DNA from: Oopsacas minuta
Taxonomy: Eukaryota > Animalia > Porifera
Assembly: GCA_024704765.1 (NCBI GenBank)
Contig: JAKMXF010000012.1
Span: forward strand, 1 to 64,000
Direction: 5' to 3'
Length of the DNA: 64,000 bases
Under the pieces are notes generated by a model, which was not told where the DNA came from, made no database searches, and was given only the letters and a program-made list of their open reading frames with translations. Shown here in pieces: positions 36,146 through 50,400 of this stretch. Both the position numbers and the translations under genes were made by a program. Numbering within the stretch: the stretch's first letter is position 1; every line of letters begins with the position of its first letter.

Positions 36146-39100
36146 ATGGCCACTTCAGAGTCACAACCAATGGAGATTGACGATTCTCTATACAGCAGAC
36201 AGCGCTATGTGTTAGGCGACAATGCTATGAAGAAAATGGCACAGTCAAAAGTGTTTGTGTCGGGGATGGATGGTTTAGGTGTCGAGATCGCTAAAAATAT
36301 CGTCCTGGCAGGTGTTAAGGAACTAGTTATACATGATACTGACTCGGTTACCATTGATGACATTGGAACGCAGTTTTTTCTACGAGAAAGTGATTTGGAC
36401 AGAAATCGAGCCGAAGTTACGTGTCCCAGATTATCTGAGTTGAACCCATACGTAACTGTGAAGGTGTTAGGCGGGGATTTAGATGAGGAAATGTCTGTTT
36501 TGGATACTTTCACGTGTGTAATATTTGTAAACTATTTATCACTTCAATCTCTGGAATGTGCTAATAAGCGCTGCCGCAAATCTGACCCTCAAATCCGATT
36601 TATTTCCGCAAGCACCTGTGGTGTATTCGCGTCAGTTTTCAATGATTTCGGTGACAGCTTTGAGGTGTTAGATAAAAACGGTGAAGAATTTCATGAATTT
36701 TTCATCAGCGGTGTCACAAGGTGTGAAAAAGGTGTCGTCACTTGTCTAGAGAATGAATTACACAACCTCGAGTCTGGAGATTTTGTAACTTTCAAAGAAG
36801 TACAAGGAATGGTAGAATTGAATAGTGGCGAATATAAAGTGGATGTGTTGTCACCTAAAGAATTTACTATCAGTGACACTTCTGGTTTCAAAGACTACAC
36901 TACTGGTGAGTAACACATTCCTTTAATCAGTATTCGTAACTATGGTGGAATACCCACAAATGTTTATATTATTGTTTACTTATTTAGGTGGCATTTGTTT
37001 ACCAATAAAGAAACCAATACATTTGTCGTTTAAGCCACTTCGACCTCAGCTACATAATCCTAATATCCTAATGTGTGATCTGGGGAAGTTAGACGCTCCA
37101 CCACAGATACATCTTGCTTACATAACTATGCTACATTTCGTTCTTAAGTACAAAAGGAAACCTCAACCTCATGACGAAAAGGATTTCCAGGTAGGTTAAG
37201 TAAACAAGTAAACAACACAAGCAAATAAACAAACAAACAAACAAACATAATCATCCTGTGTATATACTTAGCTGATGTTACAACTTACAGAAGGATTTGT
37301 ATCAAAATTTGAAGCAGGACTTCTTGATAAACCTGATATCGACATAATTAGAGATATGTCTAACACATGTACTGGCACATTACAGCCACTTTGTGCCACT
37401 TTAGGTGGCATAGTAGCACAAGAAGCACTCATAGCACTGACTAATAAATTCACACCTATTGAACAATGGATGCATCTAGACGCTAGAGAAGTGATACCTA
37501 GAGATGATATTGCTGCTCAGGAATTTGATAGGAAAGGCGATAGATATGATCCTCTAAGGATTTGTATTGGTAAGTTTGTAAACAACAACAAACAGCAACA
37601 AACAAAAATCTCAAATTCTGTGTAAGAACATATATAAGAATAGTGTTTGAAATATGAAAGTGTCAAAATCAAGTTCTACATTTCTGTTTATCCCTAATTA
37701 ACAAGTTTAGATAATCTCTAAGACTATTCTGAATATTCACCAATCTAAATCTACATACAGGTGACACACTTTTACAGAAGCTGAAAGGTGTTAACTCATT
37801 CATGGTAGGATGTGGCGCTATTGGGTGTGAAATGATTAAGAACATTGCCTTAATTGGAATGTCAACTAAAGGAAGACTTACTGTAACCGACAACGACCTG
37901 ATTGAAAAATCAAATCTCAATAGACAGTTCCTGTTTAGAGATAGGCACATACAGAAGCCTAAATCAATAACAGCTGCTCAATCAGCTGTTGAGATCAATC
38001 CTGAACTAAGAATAGAACCTCAGCAGAATAAGGTAGGTCCTCAAACAGAACTATCTCACTACAATGATGAGTTCTTCTTGAATCAGGATATTATAATTAA
38101 CGCTCTGGATAACGTGGAAACTAGAATGTATATGGATGCTAGGTGTGTCACAAACCAACGACCACTTCTGGAATCAGGTATGTTAACAGGATCGGACGAG
38201 GAGTTCATTACATCTTATATTTATATTCTCACACCTCATATAGGTACAATGGGTGCTAAAGGTCATGTACAAGTGATAATTCCATTTCTAACAGAATCAT
38301 ACGCTAGTCAAGCTGACCCCCCAGAGAAAGACGTCCCCTATTGTACCTTAAAATCATTCCCATCCACTATAGAACATTGTATACAATGGGCAAGGGACAA
38401 ATTCGAATCTTTGTTTGTACAAAAACCTCAAATGTACTCTCAGTTCTGGAATGTGAATATTGATCCAAGCCATTTACTGGCTAAAATGCAGCAAGGACAG
38501 CTACCGGAGAATTGTATTCCTGTTATTAAAATGCTTGGTAAGAAGGTGACAACTTTTAGGGAATGTGTCGAAGTGGCACGGGTTAAGTTCGAAAGATATT
38601 TCAACCACAAAGCTCGGAACTTGTGTCACGCGTTTCCTGATGATCACAAATTAGAAGATGGGTCTCCTTTCTGGGCTAGTCCCAAACGCAAACCTGAACA
38701 GATAATTTTTGACCCCAAAGATAGTACTCACATTGAATTCGTTATAGCTAGTGCTAAACTCATTGCATTCCGATCTAGTATCCAGGTAACGCGTCAGGAA
38801 TGTGAACTAGGCGCCATCCTTCCTATGATAGAAAATACAGCCGTGCCTGTTTGGAAAAAGAGTAGTAAGAAAATTGAGACCGACGAGACCAAGACGAAAG
38901 AGACTAGTGATGTCCCTAGCGACAAGAATATAGTTGAGGAATGCACCGAATACCTAGCACGTGCTGTAAATATCAAGGTGTCACCACCGATACAGAAACA
39001 TGAGTTAGTTATGCAAGCGAATAAATTTGAAAAGGATGACGATTCGAATGCTCACATCGATTTCATAGCTTCGGCGAGTAACTTACGTGCTAAAATGTAT

Positions 39101-39622
39101 TTAATAGAAAACGCGGACCGGTTGAAGATCAAACGAATCGCCGGCAGAATTGTCCCTGCAATCGCCACAACGACAGCTGCGGTCTCTGGTCTTGTAGCAC
39201 TCGAACTTATAAAACTGGTCAAAGTGTGTAAACTTGAGGATTACAAAAACTGTTTCATGTCCCTCGCTGTCCCAACTATTCTATTTTCAGAACCCGGTCC
39301 GGTAGCGAAATCAGAAGTTTGTCCTGGATTATTTGTCAGTCTTTGGGATAAATGGGAAGTGAGAGGAAGCGACACATTCACAATCAAACAATTCATCACT
39401 GACGTCACCAGCAGGTTCAAAATTACCCCTACAATGATAGTACAAGGCGTCAAGATGATATACGTCCCGCTTATGCCAGGACATTCCAAACGTCTCAACC
39501 AGCCGATTAATAAATTCATTCTCAAGAATGAATCACAAAATTATGTAGATTTAGTTGTTACCTTTGATGGGGCAGAAGGAGAGGATGTGAATGGTCCCCC
39601 CATAAGATATATCATATCTTAA
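36146..39622 (+). CDS. UBA6: ubiquitin-like modifier-activating enzyme 6 (E1), ~5 exons
   Basis: IDDSLYSRQRYVLGD (UBA6-type), VGCGAIGCE, SNLNRQFLF, catalytic DPPEKDVPYCTLKSFP...QWARDKFE, FEKDDDSN, AGRIVPAIATTTAAVSG; introns ~36908-36987, 37191-37271, 37570-37760, 38178-38243. Confidence 0.93.
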
Positions 39623-39889
39623 CCGACAGATTAGTGCATTAGGTTAGTCGTATAGTTAGAATGTAGATATAGTGTCTATTGAATTGTATGTAGTTATTAT
39701 TAGATATTTAGCATTCCTATTATACTAATTCGTTGCTATACAGGGGTTGTGACCCTTTAGCGACACAGTGGGGTAATCTTGTGTCCCCCTGGTGGAATAT
39801 TCTGGAATGTATACTTCATATTCTTTAAATACCAACACCTCACCAATTATCAACTCCCAATTAGTACTATTCTATATTTAGCATCAATC

Positions 39890-40804
39890 ATGCACAAGAA
39901 GATATTCTGTGGATTTTTCGTGACTTTAGCGGGATTTTTAATCATAGTTACGGCATGGAATGTACACTCTCACGTGTTAGATCCAAATTACTCTACTGAA
40001 ATACTTAGGCGTCTCATATCAGTAGAAGAATTCAATCGTTCGAAGCAGGGTGCCAAATTGTTCTGTTGGGTAGGTACACATGAGCCTAACTTTGATAAAG
40101 CTATCAACGTCTTCAATCTTTGGGGTTCTAAATTCGATAAAATAATATTTGTCGTGAACACTGATTCATTCGGAGTTCTCCCGTTTGTGAGGTTTCCCCT
40201 TCAAGAGACCCGCGACAATTTATGGCACAAAACGGTTTTCGCGTTTCGACATATTTATGAGAATTACCTAGATGAATTTGATTGGTTTATGAAAGCTGAT
40301 GACGACACATTTATAGTGGTCGATAATTTAATTACATTTCTGTCTGGATATAATTATAACAAATCGTATGTGTTCGGTCGGGAGTTTGTACAGAATGGAG
40401 TCACATTTCCAAGTGGTGGAAGCGGGTATGTGTTTAGCCGCGGAGCGTTGAAACAATTTATGAAAGGGTTCGATGAAAATTGCGGTGATTTTGAGGGAAT
40501 ACTTGAAGATGTAAATATTGGTATTTGTCTTTCAAAACTTGGTATGGAACTGACGGACACTCGGGACTCATTAGGACGGTTTCGATTCAATCCGCTGTCC
40601 GCAAGAGACCATCTGTTCACAAGAAGAGGGTATAACCCCCAATGGATTTACGATATAGAAAAATATGAAATGAGAGAGGAGCAGTACTGTTGTGCGAGTG
40701 ACGTCATAACCTTTCATTACATGGGAATTGAAGAGTCAATTGAATTTGCTAATATATTAGAGAAAGATCCTAAAAACCAATTCATTCCTACTAAATTCGA
40801 TTAG
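39890..40804 (+). CDS. C1GALT1: core 1 beta-1,3-galactosyltransferase-like (GT31), intronless
   Basis: Type II membrane anchor, LWHKT, DWFMKADDDTF, SGGSGYVFSRGAL, EDVNIGICL, DTRDSLGRFRFNP, CCASDVITFHYM; likely start MHKKIF at 39890. Confidence 0.85.
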   Translation: MHKKIFCGFFVTLAGFLIIVTAWNVHSHVLDPNYSTEILRRLISVEEFNRSKQGAKLFCWVGTHEPNFDKAINVFNLWGSKFDKIIFVVNTDSFGVLPFVRFPLQETRDNLWHKTVFAFRHIYENYLDEFDWFMKADDDTFIVVDNLITFLSGYNYNKSYVFGREFVQNGVTFPSGGSGYVFSRGALKQFMKGFDENCGDFEGILEDVNIGICLSKLGMELTDTRDSLGRFRFNPLSARDHLFTRRGYNPQWIYDIEKYEMREEQYCCASDVITFHYMGIEESIEFANILEKDPKNQFIPTKFD

Positions 40805-41035
40805 TAATTATTCATATTTGCTGCTTATATTGTTGTTTATGTTTTCTTCAAGATACATATTATTACACATCAGAATTGTTTTGATATTTTCTAGGACACA
40901 ATTTGAATACTCCTGCCACTTAAATATGTATATACAGTTGGTTATGAGAACACACTTGGGAGGAATAGCAATACTTGTTCTTATATCCGGTATCCTCTGT
41001 ATAACATTCCATTGTATATATTTGGTTACTATAGC

Positions 41036-44000
41036 ATGTCTACATGGCGTAACACAGCAAGTTCTAGCACAGGCGTGAAAAACGGAAGTAAACCTGTTGA
41101 TGATGATGATTGGGAGACTGATCCTGATTTTGTTAATGACGTCACAGAGGAGGAGAGCAGATGGGGAAGTAAGACTGTCGAGGGGTCTGGTCGTGTAGGT
41201 GTTGTGAATGTTAGAGATTTAGCTGAAGGTGTGAAACAGGACGATATTAAGGTGAAGGAACAATTCCAACATTCCTCACAGAAAGACGCAGCTAAAGGAT
41301 TTGGAGGTTAATATTTCTGATCAACCTCACTCACTCGTAGACTGAGGTGTTTAAATTTGTATCAAATTTATTATTATTTACTGTTGATTAGGTAAATACG
41401 GAGTACAGAAGGATAGGATGGATAAGTCAGCTGTTGGACATGACTATCAAGCTGACCTCTCTAAACACGTTTCTCAAACTGATGCAGCTAAAGGATTTGG
41501 AGGTAATGAATACAATTGGACCATGTATCTCTGGGGAACATGTTCCAAATATGTCAACTCCTGTTATATAGAAATACCCGCTCATATCGAAGTGTTAAAC
41601 TGTACATGTATGGTCCCAAACCTTCAAAGTAACAAATATCCCATCTGCTATATCTAGTACTTATCACGGTCCCTTCAGATTAGATATAACAGGAGTTTAC
41701 TGTATCTTATGTCCCCCGTACAAGGGTGTTAAAAGTATATTCATATGATTATTCTGTTCTTGTATAGGTAAATACGGAGTACAGAAGGACAGGATGGATA
41801 AGTCAGCTGTTGGACATGACTATCAATCTGACCTATCTAAACACGAATCACAGACGGACGCAGCTAAAGGATTTGGCGGGAAGTGAGTTGTTATATTTTA
41901 AACGAAGGGAGGAAGTGATAACAATAATGGTTTCAGTTCCAATTACATGTGCGGGGTGTTAAATATCATGCGCTATACTTTATATTTTAGATACGGAGTA
42001 CAGAAGGACAGGATGGATAAGTCAGCTGTAGGACATGATTATCAATCTGACCTCTCTAAACACGAATCACAAACAGACGCAGCTAAAGGATTTGGAGGTT
42101 AGTTCTTATTGAAACTAAGGTATAATGCTCTGATTTAAGAGGCCACTGAATAATCGGTCCCGAAGGAATACCCTCACATCTAATTGGCCCAAAGTGGAAA
42201 GGTGTGAAAATATGTATAATCGGTTTCTCTAGGTAAATACGGAGTACAGAAGGACAGGATGGATAAGTCAGCTGTAGGACATGACTATCAATCTGACCTA
42301 TCAGCTCATGAGTCTCAGACAGACCACTCTAAAGGATTTGGAGGTTAGTTCTTATAGAAACTAAGTGTATAACACTCTACTTAATCTGGTCATAGGTTAG
42401 TCGTCTCTTCGCTTATTTGGCCGAATACACTTGGATCAAATTGGCCCAATAATAATTGTAAGCAGGGTTTCATCCAGGTTCTCAGGGTTATACGCCTAAA
42501 AATGGGTTCTAATTCATTTCATAAGCTTAGGCTATAAATTTTTGCATTATAATCTAGGAGTTTCTGCCCCTAGAGAGAAATTTCATACCTTGACTGTAAG
42601 GTGTGGAAATATGATTAATCGGTTCCTGTCTAGGTAAATACGGAGTACAGAAGGACAGGATGGATAAGTCAGCTGTAGGACATGATTACCAATCTGACCT
42701 CTCAGCTCATGAGTCACAGACAGATCACTCTAAAGGATTTGGAGGTTAGTTCAAATTGGAACTAAGTAAAGATTCTTTTCTAACGAAATTCCTCTGTTTA
42801 TATGTATAACAAACTATACACACAGGTGTGAAAATATGATTAATCTGTTCTTGTATAGGTAAATACGGAGTACAGAAGGACAGGATGGATAAGTCAGCTG
42901 TAGGACATGATTATCAATCAGACCTATCTAAACACGAATCACAGACAGACGCAGCTAAAGGGTTTGGTGGCAAGTGAGTAAATATATGATTAATCATATT
43001 GTAACACCTCTGTGTAGCATGTGGCTATTCCTGTAGTTCCCATAATCTCTAGAAAACTCCCACATATCATGTAGTTATGCATACATTATAGATATGGTGT
43101 AGAGAAGGATAGGATGGATAGATCAGCTGTTGGACACGATTACCAATCAGACCTGTCCGCTCATTCATCACAGACAGACCACTCTAAGGGTTTCGGAGGG
43201 CGGTACGGGGTAGAGAAGGATAGGATGGACAGATCAGCTGGAAGCTTTTCTGATATGACAGATGTTAAATCTGTTCCCAAACCAGAGGTTGTTGTTGTGC
43301 TGACTATGATACTTACAGGACAGTGAGGACACATTTTTATCTGACACAATACGCCACTTTTAAACACGTGTTTACAACTAGCAAAATATTTTCATACAAT
43401 TACAGTCAACTCTTGTTTTATCTAACACAAATATATAGAAATTCCCGCTCATATCGAAGTGTGAAGTTGTACACATTAATTATTATTATTATTATTATTA
43501 TTATTTACGTTTATAGGTTCGAACAAAACCCAAAGGCGCCAAGTCAGGTTTATTCGCTAAATTCGAACAAATGTCAGTAGAGCAAGACAGTACTACTCAG
43601 CAGGGAGCAAATGAAGCGAAGGAGAGGAGAAGACTCCAAGAAGCAGAAGAGGCCGCTAGACAAAGAGAGATTAATGCTACCTTACCTGTTGATGATGATA
43701 CAGAAGAAATTAGTGTTGATGAACCAAAGATTGTTAGGTAAATACAAACAAACAAATAACAAATAAACAATTAAGCTAGTTTGCTGTAACCTCGTAAATA
43801 CAAACAGCAACAGATTATGAACGAATTTCCCGGAGTAATACCTGTCCACTTTTCTCATTACATTTCTTTGATAATAAACAAATAAACAAACAAACAAACA
43901 AATAATGTGTATTTCTAGACCACTTCCATCTAAATTAATTCAAATGGCAACACCTCCCAAAATGGCAGATATGCAATCACAAGAACCTGAGGAACCAATA

Positions 44001-47000
44001 CGAAGACCTCCTTCTATAGTTCCAATTTCTGTTCCAGGTCAGAGAATGGAACCGGAACCAATTCCAGATAGTGAAGTACTTTATGACACCTCTGAAGACG
44101 CATACGAGGTTAGAATTCAAACTTACTTCCTTAAGTACAGCCATCTTAATTCTGATACCATATGACATCCGTTTACAACCTGAACCATGGAGGACAGCAA
44201 GTTGTCCACTGGACCTCAAATATGGGAGGATACACATAATGTGTTATAATTAGTATAGGGGTACACGTGTGGAAACGGTTAGGAATGGTAATTTATAGAA
44301 AAGGACAAGTGTGAATATAATAATTTAATAAATAATAAACAAACAAGTAAATAACAACAATAATATAATTAATATATATTTATTACTTTATCACTCAAAC
44401 TAGCACAAATAATATCAAAGTTATTATTAACAATTATTCCTGAAGGTTTATTACATGTAATATTGTGTATCAGCTGTCCATCTTCAGTAAATATATTAAT
44501 TGAATTTCCCTTATTATCGCTAATAATAATATTATTACACAAATCAAAACACAGAAAAATGAAATTTATTCCATTTTCTAATTTTATGAAACTTTTCAAT
44601 AAATCACCTGATTTAGAGAATATGTGTATATTATTAATCTTATTATTGTCTGCTACAAATATATTATTATTATTTATTTTGACGTCATGCGGTTCTATAA
44701 GTTTGTCTTTTCCTATTTCTCTAATATATTCTAAATCAGAGCTGAATACTGCAATTCTATTATTACCCAAATCTGCAACTAACACTTCTCCATTTGTGTC
44801 AGTTGTTAGACCAAAAGGGACATTAACACTTCTCTTAACACTCTTAATTAATTTGTAATTTGTTTTAGAGAATTTAAATATAGCACTAAGTGTCGAATCA
44901 CTTATAAACACCCATTCCTTATTTAATGCTATACTGTGTGGATCCTCTAGCTCCCCTTTACCAAATTCATGAATGAACTTACCTTCTGTAGAGAAGATCT
45001 GTATTCTATTATTGCCTACATCTGCTATATAGATCTTATCTCCATCTAGAGCTAGTCCATTAGGGTAATACAGCTCTCCTTTCTCACTTCCAGGTTTTCC
45101 TATCCTTCTGATTGGCTCAGTCTTGTTTCTGTAGACTTGTTGTACAGCTATATCCTGAATAGACCCCAACTTCTCCAGCTGTTCTAGGAGAGAGTCTAGA
45201 CCCTCAGGGTAGAAGGAAGGGATTGGGATAGGTGTTTCTATTTCGTATTTCTTTTGTTCCTTTTTCCAATTCTTTATTTGATCTTCTTGGAACTTTACTA
45301 CTTCATTCTGTTGAATGCTAGTTTCCATTAATTGTCTGATCATCTTCTCCAGTTCTGCGAATTGTTTCTTTCTCGTATTCTCCTTTCTTAGATAGTCCTG
45401 CTTCATATCGAACAGCTGGACAAGCAGCTGATCTCTCCTCTCTGTCGCAATCCGAATTATCTTCTCGAAGGTGGAATGGATCAGCTGTTCCGTTAGTTCG
45501 AAATGGTTGGTAGAAATTTCTTCTGAGTATTTGGTGGCCATTTGTTTGTTGTTCTGTTTATGATTATTCTCATTTATACAGACTGTATTTATACAAATTC
45601 ATACATTAATTATTCAGGTGTTAAGTGATGAAATAGAAACTTACAACTAATCACATTTCCTTAAACTCTACCACGAGACTATTGTCTCACAGAATTACGG
45701 ATGTGTTAGGTCAGATAGCTTTCAATATGTAAATTAGTTCCAGTTATAACTAGCCACATTCCTTGTATAGAATTAGTTGCTATGCTGTATTAGCTATTAG
45801 TTCCAATTTGTGTAGAATTTAATAATCTAAGAAGTTTGCATTTTAAGTAATATTTCGTTGTTTATTATTATTTATTCGTGTTTGTTACTAGTAAACAATC
45901 CCTTGATTACTCACATATACAATTTCCGGTGGCTATACTTCCTGTGACGTAATATCTGTTTGCTATTACATGTGTTGTCAGTATTGTTATCGTTTCTTAA
46001 ACTGTACTTTAATATTCTATAATACTTATTGTTTCAATTCATTCTATAATCTTAAAGAATGGAAATTTCTGTTCGTATTAGCGACGGTGTATGTATGTTC
46101 ACCAATTTACTCTTTTAGACTCCAATAGAAACTGTCCAAGCCCCAGCCCCAGTATCACAACCCCGACTGCCGTACAACCCCCCTCTCCCTCCTATACCGA
46201 CACAACAACCAATTGATGACCCAGAGGCTCTGTACGAAGAACCACCAGTAACCCAAGAGTAAGATTAGTTATTTACACACAGTGTAACCTCTATATACGG
46301 AGTCCCAGAGACGCCGAAAATGTTACACCGTATGTGGAGGTTACACTATACACATAACTCCTGTATTATTTCTTAATGTAAGGTGTTAAGTATTAGTGCT
46401 GCTACTTTCAGTTCGTATTGCGAATTCTTTCACGATTTCCTTAGTTACCATATGTTATTAAAATATTTACAGTTATATATAAATACCCGCTTATATTCAA
46501 GTGTGAAAATTGTACTAAAATAAGTAACAAATATTCCATCGGTATATTAACTAATTATTACGGTCCCTTGAGATTTGGTATAACAGGAGTTTACTGTTTT
46601 CGTTGCAACTTTGTTTATGTTTACTTTCTATGTGTCAGATATCCAAATGAACAAACATATTTTGAGCCAACAGCTGACAACGAAGAGGCTACATATGAAT
46701 CCGTTCCTGAGCCACAACAAACGATACAACAACCTGATGACATAGCTAGTGGTAGTACTACTGCAAGAGCAGTTTTTGATTATCAGGTTTGATTACTAAT
46801 ATTTATGGATTATTAATAAACAAATAACATAAACAACAAATAAACAACAGATAAACAACAGATAAACAGGCGAATAAACAAATACACAAGCAAACAGACA
46901 AACAAACAATTACTAACACAAATACCATAAACAACAGACGAACAGGCAAACACACAAATACACAAACAAATAAACAAACAGACAAACAAGTACATAAATA

Positions 47001-47184
47001 AACAAACAAACAAACAATTACCAACACAAATCCAATCTCTATCTAGGCTACAGATGAAGATGAACTAACTTTTGACGTGAATGACGTCATAAATAACATT
47101 GAGCAAATAGATGAAGGTTGGTGGGTAGGTGAGTTCAATGGGGTGAGAGGACTGTTCCCCGCTAATTATGTAGAATTAATTTAA
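41036..47184 (+). CDS. CTTN: cortactin, multi-exon, 7 full + 1 partial cortactin repeats
   Basis: NTA with [14 protein letters not shown]; 37-aa repeats [32 protein letters not shown]; helical and Pro-rich exons; C-terminal SH3 [17 protein letters not shown]...GWWVG...[11 protein letters not shown]. Confidence 0.96.
44369..45541 (-). CDS. NHL-repeat protein copy 3, nested antisense in cortactin intron (44109-46118)
   Basis: 390-aa ORF closely similar to copies 1, 2 and 4, with the same leader. Confidence 0.92.
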   Translation of the reverse strand: MATKYSEEISTNHFELTEQLIHSTFEKIIRIATERRDQLLVQLFDMKQDYLRKENTRKKQFAELEKMIRQLMETSIQQNEVVKFQEDQIKNWKKEQKKYEIETPIPIPSFYPEGLDSLLEQLEKLGSIQDIAVQQVYRNKTEPIRRIGKPGSEKGELYYPNGLALDGDKIYIADVGNNRIQIFSTEGKFIHEFGKGELEDPHSIALNKEWVFISDSTLSAIFKFSKTNYKLIKSVKRSVNVPFGLTTDTNGEVLVADLGNNRIAVFSSDLEYIREIGKDKLIEPHDVKINNNNIFVADNNKINNIHIFSKSGDLLKSFIKLENGINFIFLCFDLCNNIIISDNKGNSINIFTEDGQLIHNITCNKPSGIIVNNNFDIICASLSDKVINIY

Positions 47185-47456
47185 CATCTGTGTTTACTGG
47201 ATAGATATTATTGTTGTTTGTTGTTTGAGCTTTGCTTTTATACTGAATAGATTGTGGATTTGTTTATTTTGTTGTTTACTAGATGTAGATCTTATTTTGT
47301 TATTATTTATCTTATTTGTTTGTTTGTTTATATGATTATTCACTAGCCAATTGAACTGGGACTATAAATGTGAATATTTCGCATATATTGAATCATATTT
47401 TCACACCTTTAATTCTGCTGGACTTGTTGTTATTTACGAATAGCTTTTCTAAACTA

Positions 47457-50400
47457 ATGAACTTCGCAAGAGCCTCGCATTCCTTTAAAGCAGAACAAGA
47501 CTATGAACTCACTCTATCACAAAATGACGTCATCGCTGCCGTTGAAATTGTAGATGAAAGTTGGTGTAAAGGTATCCTAGTTACCAACGGGGCCATTGGG
47601 TATGTACCTGTCGCATTCGTTGAATTCTTTCAACCTGAATCCGTTGTTGCAACTGATGAATTGGACACGGGACAGCTGGATGATTTGAATTTCTCCATCG
47701 GCGATATTATCTACAGATTGTCTCGTGTGGATGAGAATTGGTCGATTGGGTTTACGAATGGTAGAACTGGTCTCTATCCTAATTTATATGTAGCACCCAG
47801 AACGAATAAAGGTTAGCGAATATTTGTATGAAATTCTATATACAGAGCTGAGCTCTTGTAGAGCTTTTATAGCGCATTCTATCGGTGTTAATCATTGTTA
47901 TTAAGATCAGTTGCTTATAACTTGCTGCCTTCGGTTCGCTTCCCACGCCAGCATTTCCCTTTTCGACTGTAGATTACCTAATATGGAATAACTCAACTTG
48001 ATTCTTCAAATTTTCGTGATTTTAATGTACGTAACACTAAACTGTGCTCTAGTAGAGCTGAGCTATGAATATATTATCTCTATCTGTATATTGTCCTGCT
48101 TTTTCTGAGTGCCAAATCCTGTATAATTTCGATAGGTGATATCAGCCGCCAAGAATCCCGCTATCCCGCTATTACTTATTATTACCTCAGAAAGGTGTTA
48201 AGTATATAACAAATTCTCTATTTTAGGTCTGGATAGCCCAAAAGATAAACTCTCCCCATACGCTAATTCACAGATGTTCGCACCGGGACCTACCGACCCG
48301 GTGTATGCCAACTTCCCAGTCACTAATGAACACACGAAAGACTCTAACCTATCCCAATTCGACCACTTAGAGCCACTATCACCTGAATTCGACCATCTAG
48401 ACGACACCGGAGATATGTTGAGACAATTGGAGAAGGAATTAGAATTGAATGAAGCGAGATTAAAGAGTTTTGATATTAAACCAAGCGAGGAGATCACGAC
48501 AAGTCAGGTGATTTCTGAATCACAAATTCGTAAACAAGATATAAAGTTGAATTTGGAATTGGATTCTGTCATTGGAAATTTGGAGGAGAATTTGGGAGAT
48601 TTTGACAATAGACTGGTTACACCTGTATATGCCAACGGTCCACAGACTCACATATATAATCTGGACAAGCCGAAGCCCCTTGAGTACAATAATATCGAGA
48701 CGACTGTCCCTAGCAACGAAAAATCTGAGAAGAATGCGATTAAAACTGAACTTAAATTAGAGAAGGCATTAGGAAAATTGGAGAAGAAATATCAACCATC
48801 TAGTAAACTTGATGTTTACGAGGGAAACAAAAGTAAACAAGGACAAACAAACAAACCACAACCAGCTGTTAAACGAAAACTTCCCAAAACACCTGAAAAG
48901 GCTTTTTCACAGCCAAATTTAATTATGTCAAAAATTGCAATACAAAATTCTAGAAAACTTCCGAACGCAAAGCCGCACATCCCTTCCCCCTTCACTAAGC
49001 CCATTAAAGTGTTACCTACTTTGGACCAACATGACCCCATGGGGTCATCTGGTGGTCCTATCCCAAAGAGAATAGCTCCACCTCCTCCAGCCAATCAGAA
49101 TCCTCTCTCTGTTGATGTTACTCAATCACTGTGTGATATGAGACAGAGAACCAATCAAAATGCTGAGTGTAAGTTATACATATGTATATTGTAAACAAAC
49201 AAACAAACAAACAATATTATCATATAGATCCCCCGAGTGAGTACAGCTTCAAAACAGACTCCTTTTGCACCCTAACCCCCTCCTTAATAGAGGAACAAAT
49301 AAGACTCTCTCCTCCTCTAACACCTCCCAATCACTACCCTCAACCCTTCAGAAGGGTCAAGAGTAGCAACGAAGATATTAACCTATTTCCTAACATTCCA
49401 CGACAGTCTCCTGTTGCTAAGAAGAGTGATTTTAGTCCAAATATCAAAGTTAGTTAAGAATGTTTATTTCTTTGTTTGTTTATTTGTTTAGTTATTTACT
49501 TGTTTAGAAAGTTAATACACATAAGAAGGTAACAATAAGGAGCAGAAGTCTTGGTTCATGTTCCTCAGATGACTCCAGGAAATCTCCTATTGACTTGGAG
49601 TCTATAGAAGATCCATTCACAGGGGTAATTATAAATGAGAATATCTTATACGCTTACACAGCAACCAGTATATCCTTTAGGAATGTTATTTTATTGTACA
49701 CAGTGTAACTTTCATAAACATGCTACCCCTGTCCCCCGTACCGTTTGTGGAGGTTCACAATATTTCATACAACTTTCTAGGGAGAGCAGCGTTCCTCAAG
49801 AAGACGGACTGTCAACGGTCTAACCTCCTTCTCATCTCCTGTTAGCTCCACCAAACAGAGACACTTCCCTCAATCAGAGATAGACCTTAACGAATACCCC
49901 GGTGTTATTGAGCTACAGCAACAGATTAATGAAATAGAACGGAAACTAGAAGTATGTTTTGACACCTATTAATTATATATATGTACACATCGACCCGAAA
50001 AGTAGTCCTCATTCGATGATCTCCTCCCTCACTGAGGGGTGTAGCCAAATACCAATGAGGTAACCATGGAAACTGGGACATAACACGTCACTGAATCACG
50101 TTAGGGAGTCGGTGAATATATATTATGTCCCCGTTCAAAGGTGTTAAAATATGAATAATCACCCCTTAATATATTTGTTTACTTGTTTTGTAGGTTGAAG
50201 AAAAGATGCATTCTTGTTTACAAACAATGCTACAGGTAAACAACTAAACAGCAAACATATATACACTTTGTTTACATGTTTATTTCTTTGTTTCTTTGTT
50301 ATTAGGTTGTAACAGGTTGTGACGCGGCTAAAGAAGAACAATTAGAAGTTCGACAAGTAGCCTGTGAACATGAAATACAAGAATTACAGAATAAACTTCA

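Noticed and set aside
41392-43287. Regularly spaced near-identical ~111-bp repeats with unique spacers (CRISPR-like appearance)
   Set aside because: Repeats are GT-AG-bounded coding exons of cortactin; far too long for CRISPR repeats and no cas genes are present.
44463-44858. Antisense ORFs over NHL genes, HMGB, UBA6 and ARL (e.g. 3677-3931, 16228-16437, 6758-7239, 62835-63137)
   Set aside because: Shadow frames of genuine coding sequence with no independent protein features.
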